64,000 nt of DNA from Lingula anatina (taxonomy: Eukaryota > Animalia > Brachiopoda), in contig CM120646.1 of assembly GCA_051362555.1 (NCBI GenBank), positions 4,340,001 through 4,404,000 of the forward strand. Direction: 5' to 3'. Under the pieces are notes generated by a model. That model was not told the origin of the DNA, did no database searches, and saw nothing but the letters and a program-made list of their open reading frames with translations. This document shows, in pieces, positions 1-13,600 of this stretch (positions are counted from its first letter, which is position 1; each line of letters starts with the position of its first letter). The position numbers were made by a program, and so were the translations under genes.

Positions 1-2479
1 AAATCCTCGCATGACCTTACGCTTAGTAGCGAAACTTTATTTTTCTTGCTGTTGTTGCTATATGTATATTATAACCTTGAGAAGAAGGTTATGTTTTTGT
101 TCCCGTTATTTGGTTAGTTAGTTCATTTTTTTGTTTATTTATTTGTCTGTTCGCATTAACGTTTATTTTCTTGTTCACTGCAATAGGGTTCTATAGTACC
201 TGAATCCAGAGTTCAAATCACCATAACAAAAAAACTAGCAAGGGTACCTATAATTTTTTTAATGTTTATATGGATGCAAAAGTGTCAACTACGCATGTGA
301 AATATCTAAGAAAAATCTATCAGACAGAAATATCACAAAAACATTACCATTAACGCGAAGTTTCTGTTAAAAACGAATATACAATTATGCTGTTTTGTTG
401 TTTTTATACATTAATGTTTTCTCAACAGTATACAAGTAGAGTCTATGGCAGAGGCCAAGCCAATTGCCGGAATAGCAAGTGTTTTTCATAGTACTTTTTA
501 TATTACTACTCCACGCATGGGGCTACAATCGTATTTCCTTGTTTTGAAAGCACTTTAAATAAAACACGAACTTTTAACTACCAAATGCTTCGATTCATAA
601 TTTTAGTGAAAACATATACACACACACACTTTACCTTTAAATCCATCTAATTACGCGATTCCTTGTAATTAGATTTTATGTCCTAACATTAAAAAGACTG
701 ACGCTAGTTCAGGGTTAATTAAAGACGCAAAGATGTAGCGGAATGCGTCCCTCTACGTGAGATTATTATGACAGTAGCTTAAATAGCTCCAACTTTAAAT
801 GTGTGGTTTTCGTGTGAAGTGAAAGGAATAGTTGGACGAGCGACAATGACAGTGGTGGATAAACGTCTATATGTGCCTTTGACTGTGAAAAAGTAAAAGT
901 TACTGGGCAGTTTTCTAAGGGTCTGGTGCTAAATCTTTATGCGATATTGAATAAATGCTACAAGATTTTAAATTTAATTTTTTAAAATTTTCTTCTCAGT
1001 TGGACTCATTTCCAAAGTCACCTTTCTTTACTTCACGCTCTAACGCAGGAAGTACTGTAAGAAAACCATCAAAATTGACGTAAGCAGACATACCATTGGC
1101 CTACTCCAAACCTGGTTTAGTACATGGAATACTACACGGGTAGCTGTCACATCAATAGGCCTAAAATGTCCATATGACATTATTTGTATACAGTAGACAC
1201 TACACTTGCCACGTTTTAAGTATGGAACAATTGGCCAAAAAAGTCTTAATTACGTAAACTAAACTAGTGGTAAACTAGGTTAACTAGTGGAATGACTCTC
1301 CCCAACTCCCCCCAACTCTCACACATCCCCGGCTGTGTGAGAGCGGCTGAAGATTTGAGTCTTCAAAATTATAATAAGTAACTGGGAAGAAAATTAATGT
1401 AGATATGTTGATACGACAATAATCAACTCATTATTTTTATTCTCTTTTGTCGTTTATGTTATTAGATTGTTTTAAAACAAAGTCATATCAAGTTCTTTGT
1501 TATTAAGTTAGACTCAAAAGGAGATTAAGATAGATCACGAATACGGAAATGTCGATTTTGTTAGGACTCATTTGATTCTGATCAAATGTTTGAAACTCGA
1601 CACATCTTGATCTGAATATTTTAATCTATGTAACTTAACACAATACACTGAAAAAATAAGCCCTGTGCCATAAAAGAAAGAAACAACACTCTTTCCTAAG
1701 GCGCGTGGTAGACAGCGTGATAACCGTTTTCATATGGAAAGCGTTTGTTGCGCAGGTGAGAATGAATTTTAATTTAACTTAAAAATGACTGAAATCATGC
1801 ATGTTCTTTGAATAAAGAATGATGAAGTATTTCCAAGTGTCATTAAATAGAATTATAGCTACTGCTTCGGTGCTTTTTGACATTTAATGTAGGTATTTAT
1901 TTAAATTTTAAGTGTTACATTAGGCGTTTAGAAAAAGAATACCACTGTATTTCTAATTACCAAAGAGGTTTATAACCAAGAGTGGGAGGGGGGGGGGGGG
2001 AGGGGGGGCACACGTGACTAGACACGTACATGAGAGTTCTCTGTGGGGCGTATAACTCTTTTACAGGTGATAATTAGGAAAATATGGAAATCCAAAATAT
2101 CACTTTTAACAGTTGTCGTATGACTTAAAATAGGCGATGTATTTTTGTTTGCTTCACTGGCGTATTCAGTAAATGTGCTGATATTACAATGACATCAAAG
2201 AGATTATTAAAATTTATCAAAAACACGCTTTTAACCCGTGTTATTTTCATTGATCAGTCAGCAGAATAGGGAAAACTGAAGAAAATTATTTAGAAAAAAA
2301 TATTCCATATTACATGTCAAGTCTTAATTTGCAACTATATCTGTTGTTTGCTTATTTGTTTGTATCGCTGGTAATGCTGAAAGTATAATCCATTAAATAT
2401 ATATATTTATAGCAACAGATTGACTTGTATCAGTTGGGTGCTACAATTGTCTTGCAGAAAGACGAGGAACTTTTGCTAT

Positions 2480-3085
2480 ATCAAACCCAATGAATACCAT
2501 TTTTGTTAAATCAAACGTAATATAGCCTATTTTGTTAAATCAAAGCCAATAAATCTAATTTGCTCAATCAAACTTTAAAATCCATTTTAATAAATCAAAT
2601 CTTATAAACCCTACTTTGTTAAATCAAGTCCAACAAAACTAATTTTGCTGAATCAAGCCTTATTAAACATATTTTGCTAAGTCAAACTTAATGAACCTTA
2701 CTTTGCTTAATAAAACCTGAGAAACCCTTTTTTTGCTAAATCAAAACAATTGAACCTTATTTTGCTAAATCACACATTCTCAACCTTATTGTGCTAAATA
2801 AAACCTAATAAACCCTATTTTGCTAAATCAAAACTGATGAACCTTATTTTGCTTTATCAAACCTAAAAATCCATTATTTTGCCAAATCAAAACTTATGAA
2901 TTCCTTTTTGTTAAATTAAACTTTATAAACTCTATTTTGCAAAATTGAGCCTAATAAAACCTGTTTTACTAAATCAAACCTAATAAACCCTTTCTTGCTA
3001 AATCAAGCCTTATAAACCCTATTTTGCTTCTCAAATTCAATAAACCTTATTTTTCGAAATCAAAACTAATAAACCCGCCATTGTT
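2480..3085. repeat. Degenerate minisatellite, ~35-38 bp unit (TTTTGCTAAATCAAACCTAATAAACCCTAT-like), roughly 15 copies
   Basis: The motif ttttgctaaatcaa recurs about every 36 bp immediately downstream of the carboxylesterase stop codon. Confidence 0.85.
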
Positions 3086-3126
3086 ACAATTTATAACCTC
3101 ATAAACTGTACGTTCTGCGATTGGTC

Positions 3127-5282
3127 TCAGAGGGATTTCGGAAAGAGGACATTCCAAAATTCCATTTTTCTCGGTTTTATGTCTCGTTTTACGTTTGCTG
3201 ACGTCATTTCCACCGTCCATTCCAAGTACTGCCTCCTGACGTCATCAATTCTCGGCCAGTGTGGCATACTTGACGACACTGAAGGGGTTGGGGGGTTGGG
3301 GTTCCTAAAATTAGGATAATTAACCATAAGATACAAATCTTCTAATTTACCGATACAATATACGTGACTTAAACTACAGATTATAAGATGATAGGAAATA
3401 AATAATAAAATGCTAACACGTTTTCACTCTTATATTTTCTTTTTCGTTATAACTGTATATTTGCCCTTAAATTATTTGTCAATTTCCTACATCAATCTCA
3501 TTCTAAGCTCTTGGGGAAAAAAGCAGTGGGTAGCTGTTGAGAGGATTTTATTCAATAGTCACATCAATAACTTTTGAGCTCCGGATGACATATTTAACTT
3601 ACCCCGATCTGACAAAATTCCCTATGGCTGTCATGACTTGTTTACTCAGTTCCACTTCCTCCTCAGTTGGTTTGGTAGGGAACAGTGACGAGTCCAAAAC
3701 GTCACCAAAGAAAAAATGCAGTTCTTCCATGTGAGAGGCACCATTAACGTAGTGAGGGTATACCGAAAATGAGGGTTTGTGAACAAACTCATAAAAGTAA
3801 ACACTGGAATTATCTGGCCACAGAAGAGCATGCTCCCATGCAGGGGCGAGGAAGAATAAATCTTGCCACAGTTCCAGCCATGCTTCGTGTGATGACTTCT
3901 TATCGGGTGATGTATACTCGAATACTACGACATCGGTCATAAAATCAGGAGCACCAGGGTAAAGAAACTCGACCAGGCCCTTCGTAAAACCCTTTGCAAT
4001 CTCAATGTTGGGTTCAGATTCATTTCCTGCTACACCAAACCAGAAACCGCTATCAGGCCGACATGTTCCCAATATATAGTCTAATCCGTCTACATCCCCA
4101 CCAGGGTAGTCAGTTATTTCTTCATCTAGAATAATGCCGTCTCCGTAGGGCAATAGCACATTGGCTGAAAATACGCTATCTTCTTTATATTGATAAAACG
4201 CTGACATGAACTCCCTGGTTGTTTTCTGTCGAAGACAGGACACCATTTGCTGTCCCGATGGAAATAAACAGTTTAACAAAGAAGCGATTCTCAAGGTGTT
4301 GTTAATTGTTATTTCTTTAAAAACTTTGTGTCCCCGAAGTAAATGGGGTCCAGCTGAAGCAATTCCCCTCCTGAACAGCCGTCGGTTTCGCATAATTGGG
4401 CTCATTGAAAGAAAGATGTCCACTGTTACGCCACCTGCCGATTCTCCGCCTAAAGTGACCCGTGATGGATCTCCACCAAAAGCCCGGATGTTGGTCTGAA
4501 TCCATTCAAGCACTCGAACTGTGTCGAACATTCCATAATTTCCCCCAAGTTCTGGTTCACCATTTGAAAGGAATCCAAAGACATTTAGACGATAATTAAA
4601 TGAGATGACTATAATGTTACCTTGTAGAGCTAGAAAGGTACCATTGTACTCGGTGCCAGATCCCCATTCATATTTCCCGCCATGTTTGAACACAAACACG
4701 GGAAGAGAATCGTATCTGTTCACTTCTACCGCCTTGGGAACATAGATAGGGGCCTATTTAGGAAAAGGCAGTCCTCGCTAATCTTCTGATTTTGGATTCG
4801 GGCGCGTACAAATTCCTTGGGATAAATATGAGTAAGTTGTGTGGTGAATTTTTGTGGACAGCTTGGTCCGAAATATTCTGCACTTCTTACGCCATCCCAG
4901 TTTTCGGGAGGTTCGGGTTGTTTCCAACGCAGTGGGCCAACTGCAGGGGCGGATCCAGAGATATTTTCTGACAGTCTTCCAAATAATCTTTGTTAATTCG
5001 TCCTCAATTTTTGACCGTCTTCCGACAGAAAATAATAGATACCCGTCAATGTAAACTTAAAAATCTGACCGTCTTCCGGAAGACCCAGAAGACGGCCTAA
5101 ATCCGCCCCTGAACTGGTGGCTTGGCGTAGGGGACACCAAGAAACTGAACTGCACGACCCAGAATGGTTTCTGCAGAAAATCCCCGTAAAATCCCGTGAT
5201 TTGTAGAGACCAATACATCTTCCGATTTTACGTTGATGCAAGAAGAACAAAAACACACCAGGAGATAAAGCGCCGTGGACAT
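3127..5282 (-). pseudogene. Secreted type-B carboxylesterase/lipase, two exons (5282-3603, 3304-3127), disrupted by two insertions
   Basis: Signal peptide MSTALYLLVCFCSSC, then [72 protein letters not shown]|NPN. The frame is restored only after removing the 4944-5111 element plus one TSD, and 8 bp at ~4747-4756. Confidence 0.85.
4944..5111. mobile_element. 168-bp non-autonomous TIR element (MITE) inserted in the carboxylesterase coding exon
   Basis: TIRs CAGGGGCGGAT / ATCCGCCCCTG; 5-bp direct repeat AACTG at 4939-4943 and 5112-5116; internal GACCGTCTTCCG repeats. Confidence 0.9.
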
Positions 5283-6356
5283 ATTTCGCTCTTCGGGTAC
5301 ATAATATAACTGTTTAAAAATAGCTTAATAGAACACCTACTAGGGCGTTATGTCTATTCTCATGTAATATTTATGTAACGGCAATAAATATTCCAATAAT
5401 TAAACAAGAAAGATTTATTAGAGAAAGAAGGCGTAGCAGCCGCACCACTTTCGTTAGGGCACTTGCACACTTTTATGGTAAAAGTTGCGATTAATGCAAA
5501 TTAATACGTACTGGCTGAGCACAGCCAGTAGCCTACATATCAGAATCGTCAATAGGAGTACTAACGCATGAATTTTCGTGCTAGGGCCTATTAAGACAGT
5601 TCAGTGTCTCTATTAAAAGACAAATTTTAAGTTGAAACCAAGTAAACGCCTAGCAACTGATATGTAAACTTCGTTATGCAGCAAAGGAATAGCGACCTTG
5701 CGTTTTCAGGCCTTATAATAATGCCGTGCAGAAAGTTTCTTATGTATCTTTCACTGTGAAAATGTAAAAGTTTACTGAGAGGTTTTCTGAACTTAAAATC
5801 GAATTTGAATAAATGCGTTTTCACAGCTAAATGTAGCCTACAGTTATACTTCAATGACAGGACTCTCTTCAAGTTATTGCACCTCACAATAATTATACCA
5901 AAAAGCATTTTATTTCTATGACAGTTTTTTCAAATGGACTCGTTTCTAAAGTCATTTTCTGTACTTCACGCGATACGCATTACTGTATTTCTTAAGTACT
6001 CCATAGGCCTTATTCATAGTGCGGTCACCAAACATTACTCTTCAGGTATCCGTCGCGTTCATTAAACCTAACCTAGATACAACTGACCTAGACCTATACA
6101 TTTGAGGAATGAATGAACAAATATCTCAGCGGAATATATTGGCTTATGTACATAGATCAGCCAAAAGTAGGTCTAAATAAGCGTTGAATCAGGGCTTATA
6201 AAAGACTACCCCAGTACCTGTTCTATAAAAAGGGGTTAGTCTCATCCACTCAAGTTTAATACCCAAAACGTTCCCCTGGCCATAACCTCCGCCCTGGCCA
6301 ATGACATAAATCTTATACGCTTTGCATCGATAAATGCGATAGGTGAGAATGCGCGG

Positions 6357-6506
6357 ATGACGTCACAAACAAGATTGTTTGGAGATTGCGACAGAGAAGG
6401 CGATTGTGATGATACATTTTACACAGATGAGAAGATACGGACAGTCTGCGAAAATGTCGACAGCTGTGGAAGTCGAGGGAGAGATAACGAGATGAAGATT
6501 CACATG
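6357..6506 (+). other. Probable first exon of the SLC17 gene carrying an upstream ORF
   Basis: CpG-rich segment, 50 open codons from ATG 6357, ending at a strong donor ATG|GTAAGT (6507). Confidence 0.45.
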
Positions 6507-6688
6507 GTAAGTCAGAAATTACCATCGGAGTTTTGTTCTGTGAATTCTGTTCGAAAGGTGGAAATGTGGGTAATCAAGCACTCGCTGTATTATATAACTG
6601 GGGTGTACATTTGTCAACAGCACACTGCTTCCCATATGATTTGACCGGTCGTGCATCTCAGGTGCATTTCTATGTCAGTGGCACCCGC

Positions 6689-6702
6689 ACAGAGAGAGAG
6701 CC

Positions 6703-6767
<65 letters not shown>
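6689..6767. repeat. (AG)n microsatellite
   Basis: Seen directly. Confidence 0.95.
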
Positions 6768-6769
<2 letters not shown>

Positions 6770-7293
6770 ATAAACGTAACATGGGACACAATGCATGGCG
6801 TAGGCCTATATAAATTAAAATTTTCACCCTCGCCCCTCCACCCCCCCCCCCTTTCCAAATGTAGTAGTAGTTGTGGGAGTGCAGGGGAAAGGCCCCTTTT
6901 GGGAGATACTCCCTGAAAAGTAAGAATTAATTATACTAGTGTATGGCGTTAGTAGTATCTATTATTATTATTATTATTAATTGCTGGTCCATTTGGGCTG
7001 ACAAATTTTGTCAAAATTACCAGCCCACTTTCTTATTGCTTGATATTTGGCCAGGACTTGCAAAGATTTGCCTTGATTATTTTAATGAACATATAATACT
7101 GAAATATGTGCATGTATTCTGCTTTTTGTTAACAGATACTATAATTAGTATAAACATGTGTGAAAGGGTAAACAAACAATTTACTAGTACAGTACTTTCA
7201 TTTTTATTTTGCTGTAGATCTCAAATTCAGTAGTCCTCTATAGCTGTGATTCTTTCCTGAATTGGTGGTGGATGCTTTAACTGACCACACAAT

Positions 7294-7491
7294 ATGGACG
7301 AAACGTTGAAGAAGAGGTCAGTCCCGCTTCATGATGTCACGTCAGAGTCTGATGCTGAAGAGAGAAGAGCTATCAGTTCCTCCAAGCACAGCAATCAGGA
7401 GCAAAGTGTTTGCTGTCAGTTCATGATGAAGAGATATGTGGTGGCAGTCATGGCATTTCTGGGATTCTGTGAGTAGAATAAGATTGTTGAG

Positions 7492-7530
<39 letters not shown>

Positions 7531-7577
7531 TAGCCAGAGAGAGAGAGAGAGAAAGAAAGAGAGGAATAGCCAGAGAA

Positions 7578-7632
<55 letters not shown>

Positions 7633-10600
7633 ACTAGTATGTACTGTATATGTGAATAAAGTGATAATGGGCAGGAATTTCATTCACATCTGTTACAAGA
7701 CTGATAATAACTTTTTTCCATTCAACTATTCATTGACTTTAAAGTAGGAATTCATTGTTAAATTTGTTACTGATTTTTAAGGATATGTTGATGTAAATTC
7801 TACAAATGACCATGTGGTTTTATCTTTATCTTTTTATTTACGTTTCAGTCAATGTGTACGCCCTGAGAGTGAACTTGAGCATAGCTGTGGTTGCCATGTT
7901 ATCAAACAGGACGGAGGTGGTAAATGGGACTGTTGTCCAGGTTAGTTTGAAGACAAGGTGACAGACAGTGTGAGCCTCTTGGTCAGGCTCTTCCTATTAG
8001 ATGAATATACTTAAATTTCATTATATAATAATCTTGAAAATCCATATGCAGATGCATATTTTGGGGAGGGGCAACTTTTTATTAATTCTTATGTATTCAA
8101 TTTTTTTAAAACTAAAATTACTGATTTACCTCATAAAACCTACCAGAAAAAGGGGTTAGGACTTAATTGTGGCTCATTACAGAACTGCAGATTGACAGCA
8201 ATTGAATCACATTTTTTAAACAAAATAAAAGATGCTTTACTCTTATTTCACCACTCCTATTTTAATACCATGAATACTAGTATGACAATGTAAATCTTAA
8301 ACTTTGTATTGAAATTTTTGACTTGTTAGACAGTATACATGTAAGTAATCATATTTTTACAAACACTCAATCTGATTTAATGCAGTAAGTCTTTAAAACC
8401 ATGGACAGTGCTATAAATATAATGGTGTTATAGTAGCAAGATGAGAGACATTGATAAAAGAAATGAAGAAGTGGTCGCATTATGAGAATCTGTGATTATT
8501 ATGGGATTATTCCTGAAAAATCAATACTTCAACTTCCATTAAGTGCATCGGCAGTATGTTTTAAAACTACAGCAGTTTACAAAGGGAGACTGAAGTAAGA
8601 GAAAATCAATATCTCATTTGTTTCTCTCTGTCTTGATGTACTTCAGCCCACAGCTACTGCAGGTTAGAATATATTTTGATTTAGCCAGAAAGAAATGTGG
8701 ATTTGAAATTATGTGTGCTAAGAAAATGGTATTGTAAAGAGACAGACTGGGGTAACTTCAATACCTTTTATGCAGTTCTTTAAAAAATATATTTATTGCC
8801 ATTGAATGCCATAAGAGACAGATAAAAGAATCAAGGAGTTGAACTTATTAATAAACAATGTAAATAACATACCTAATAAGCATGAAATCAGTCACATCCT
8901 ATACCAAAAGTTATACAGTAAAAATCACACAATCATCTTAAACAGCATATCAGATGCCATCTTTGCCCTTTTGTGACTTTGATCTCCCCCCCCCCCCCCC
9001 CCCCCCCCCGCCCATATCTTTACTATCTGTGCCCAGTATTTCATGCTTTTTTTTCAATCACATTGTACCTTGTATGTAAAATGAAGTTTGTCAGTGGGTT
9101 ACTGTGAATACTTGCTGAGCAGGGAGAATACCATGCTTTATATAAATGGATGATATCACTGTCATTATGATTGCCTATTATAATAATAATAGTGCCTCAC
9201 TCTGAGCATTTACCATGCATGGAAAATACCACCCCTAATTTAGTGTAATTTAATAGTGTTATCAGACTGACCATATGTCATATTACAGGTCTAGTGTGGT
9301 AATAGCATGATTTAACTGTGTCTGTAGGGAAAACACACTGTTCATATTATTTGTGTATCAGAGGCTTTTTTTCATGTTGAGCGGTAGGCTAAAATGGACC
9401 GTTTCACGTATAGAGATTTACAATTTAAGTTAATAGCCTTGCTTTTCTGGAAGAGATGCACCATAGCAAGGCCTTAAAGTTAGTGCCTGATACAGCCGTT
9501 TAACAAAAATAATGGTTTTTTACTCACTGTGATACATCAGATTATAGAAAACGTACTCATTGGTTATAATTGTACAGCTAAAATGTTAATTTTGATGCCT
9601 AATCATGATTCTGAATCGAATGTATGATTCATGTCATAATATTTTAACATTTAAATTAAATGTCTGTCAAAGTTTAGAAGAATATGAATTTTTAAAAATA
9701 TTTTTGGTAGATAGTGATATTTTGTCAGATAATGCTTTTATCAGTTCAGCGTCAATTGCTGTCATATTAATTTCAGATTGAACCCGAGTTTTTCTGGGAT
9801 TCCAGACTTGTTGGTCTAATACTTGGCTCATTCTTCTATGGTTACATCTTCACTCAGATTCCTGGGGGTAAGGATTTCAACAAGATCATAAATTAATAAA
9901 TAAATAGATAAATAAAAAAGAAAAGTAAGAGAATAATATTTATGATAACAATTGACACAACTTTTTACTGGGTGAGCAGTACTTGCACAGTTTAATGATA
10001 CCAAACATAGACTTAATGCTGGGGTAGCAATTTTTTTCGCTTAGCCAAATCACCACATTTTTGTCAATTTTTTTACCAAAAAGGTTATAATTTGGCTAAA
10101 AATGCCAAATCAAGCCCTTTTTCTTTAGCCAATTTAAGTCAGTTTTAGCATTTGGTTAAATTGGCGAGTGTTAGCGCTACCCCAGTAATGACTCGTGTTA
10201 GTGAATACCAGTATGCCCACATACCAGTATGGCGGCAAGTACATGCTCACACATGCTGGTACTTTGTATTACATATACACATTCAGGTTATTTCGCTTTT
10301 GATGCTGTGCTTGAAATGCCATGTCTTAGGGCATGTTAATCTGTTACTCTGATTGCATTCAGCGAGAGTCCCTGCAGAGTAAGATTGATTTACATAGAAC
10401 CATAGTCTCATTGGGAAAGAGCCCTTAGTGTTAGAATTATGTTCAGTCTCTAATAGAACCTATTTAATTGTGTGAATTCATAGGCTGGAAAACATTGCTT
10501 GAAATCCTATAGTTATAAATTAAAGATATTACTTACATGTAATGTCTTCCTTCCCATATAAGACAGACAATTAAGGCAATAATATAAATATGATCTTATG

Positions 10601-13600
10601 TCTTATATAGGTATTCTTGCCAGTAAGTTTGGAGGAAGAAATCTTTTTGGTGGAGGCATATTTGTCACTGCGGTACTGACTTTGTTGACGCCATTATGTG
10701 TGCGTGGCAGCGTGTACTTGTTCATCGTGGTCAGGATTCTGGAGGGGATATTTGAGGTAGGGAAGTGGATAAAATGCATGATTTAGGGGAAGTGTACTAT
10801 GTTTTTGCTGTACAATCATTTCTGACTTGGGTTTTATCTTTGAGTTTAGAGACTCTGCAGCATTTTAAGCCTCAGCTTACTATGATATGTTGAAAGTAAT
10901 CTTATAATCGATAAATGGCCTTCCCTTACACAAGTTTCTTCACCTATTCCCATCTTCTCTTCCAAAATAGTATAAAGAGTAAAATGAGACAAAAACCACT
11001 AGTACATAATATAGTAAATTGTTCTCTTCTGCTGTTCAGTATATGTGGAGCTTCAGTTGGCTTAATTTTGCTTTCCCTCTGCCCTCTTTGTAGCTAAATC
11101 CTTGACCCAGAGTCAGAGATATCCACTGCTGCCAATGAGACAGTTGTTGCTTGGTTATCATTCCCTATGGTTTTATTTTAGGGTGTGACCTACCCCTCCA
11201 TACATGCTATATGGGCTAAGTGGGCACCTCCATTGGAGAGAAGTAAACTGGCTACCATTGCCTTCTCAGGTATGGGTTTTTACGGGTTTGTCGTGCCATT
11301 GCATATTGTGAAACTGATTGTCCTTTCTTTCTTTGTGATACTTTTCATGTTTTATATAATATGGCATAGCAAAAAACTGACCATTTTTGTTGTCATAGTT
11401 CAGCACTATGTGAATCTGGCAGCCATATTTTGTTTATACAGTAATAGATATAGCCATATGTTGGTTGACTTATCTCGGGCAGCCAGGTCTGAAATATAAA
11501 ATCTCAGATTTAATTTTTATACCTTTAGTTATTTGGAGTTTGTTTTCTTGTGTTCTTCAATTTTGACATTGTTGCCATTGCTACAAGGTATTATATTGAG
11601 GAATGTATTGTATAGCTACAATGTACTTCAGGCTCCTACATGGGTACAGTGGTCTCCATGCCTCTCTCTGGACTGATGGCAGCCTATTTGGGATGGCCCT
11701 CACTTTTTTACTTCTTTGGTGAGTTCATATATAGCTTTTAAGTAAAAGAATGGGGTCTTTTAGAGGACCATTGCCTTCGAGTTTCTCCTTCAATTACGAT
11801 TTATTAAAGGCAAATAGTTGTCGCTGAACGACGATTGACATGTCTTGTAACAGTTACAAATGGTCTAGTTGTCTTGCAATCATCTGTTTAACCAATGAAA
11901 TGTCTTGTTACAACACACATTAGGTGCTCTGGCAGTCATCATTTCAACCAATGACATGCCTTGTTTCAACACACTAGGTGCTCTGGCAATTATCATTTCA
12001 ACCAATGACATGTCTTGTTACAACACACATTAGGTGCTCTGGCAATCATCATTTCAACCAATGACATGTCTTGTTACAACACACATTAGGTGCTCTGGCA
12101 ATCCTCTGGTGCATCCTGTGGTTCTTGCTGATAAGTGACAGTCCCTCAGAACACCCCACCATATCCCAGGAGGAGCTGGAGTATATACAGTACAGTATGG
12201 GATACACTGACAAACAGACACAGGTACTCGATCTACACAGTTCGGAAGATTAGGGAGTTTGTGTTGACTCTGTTTTTTCTTCCACATATATCAAGTAAAG
12301 GGTCTCCGTATACTAAGGTCCTTGTGTTGTGACCATTTCAGTGGAATTAACAGTTAACAAGCAGCATGATAATTTTTGTGTGGTTATTTCATGAATAGTG
12401 TGTGATAATGAACATGCTTATTACATGTAAGTCTTAGGGTGGTATTTTATGAAAAGTAATAAAAAATTAATTCTTTTAAAAAAGGAAACTTTAGTTTAAT
12501 CAGTAATTCCATGTACATGTAGTTTATCAGTAAAAAGTGGAAATTAAAGCCCATATTTTATTTTTCATTGACTTTGTGGTTATTTTGCACCATCGCAATT
12601 TCAGAATCTGCATCCGCCATGGCTGAAGATGGCGACCTCTGTCCCAGTATGGGCCATCATCTGCGCACACTTTGCTGAGAACTGGGGATTTTACACTCTC
12701 CTCACATCCCTGCCCACATTTCTGCATGATGTTTTCTCGTACAGAGTTGCCAAGGTACCATACATACTATATATCATGGCACTTAAAATGCCCAAAAATG
12801 GATTACTTACAATACAGTACTGTGTAGGTGGGGGGGTGGGGGGGGGTGGGGGGGGTGGGGGGGGGGGTCATTGCTTTAATGAGCCACTCTTTTGTTCAGA
12901 AAAGGTCCACTTTGAATCAAAATATGATCTACATGCTATGCTATTTCTCAATGTGGGTCAAATAAGTAGTAAAAAAATGTTTCACTTTTTTTCTGAAAAA
13001 GGCCCCTTTTTTGTAGTTGCTGGCAACAGACCTGTGGTGGACTTAAAAACATTTGAAAATATTTCTAAACTTGTCGTGATGTTTTGTTGGTAGATAATTA
13101 GCATAAACAATTTATTACTTCATATTATTATATTTAATCATCCATTGTATATATTCTCTCTAATATATTGTACTTTATCAAAATGGCAAAGGTGTATTTA
13201 ATTACAATAAAATTGCTATGGAGTATCTTTGAACATAGAATTATTGGATAAAGTGCAAGATACATTTAGGGTCTTTTGGTTTGTGAAATCTTTTTTATAT
13301 TGAATTTTTAAATTGAACATTTATTTTATAACTTATATGATGTTATTTCAGACTGGCTTTGTGGCAGCACTGCCGTATCTTGTCATGGGAATAGTTGTGC
13401 AAGTCGGTGGCCATATTGCAGACTTTTTACGGCGGTCAAAAAAACTTACTACTACAAATGTTAGGAAACTTTTCACTTGTGGGGGTAGGTTGTGAAGAAC
13501 AGCACCAGAGAAACTCAATATCATATAACATAACATATATTATAGATCTATTTAGGATGCCAAATTGGAGTCTCCTACACCTTAATTATGTTCTGAGGAT

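Noticed and set aside
2480-3085. CRISPR-like periodicity
   Set aside because: Degenerate contiguous units with no unique spacers, no cas genes and a eukaryotic context
4939-5116. MITE acting as an introner using GT and AG from its TSDs (CA|GTT...CAG|TT on the minus strand)
   Set aside because: That splice removes one base too many and shifts the frame; the separate 8-bp insertion would still break the gene
6533-7747. ORFs with RERERE/SLSLSL tracts
   Set aside because: Translations of (AG)n microsatellites
8986-9013. Long poly-C/poly-G runs (also ~1990, 20905, 48757, 55966)
   Set aside because: Frequent homopolymers, often within MITEs and of unreliable length; no evidence of function
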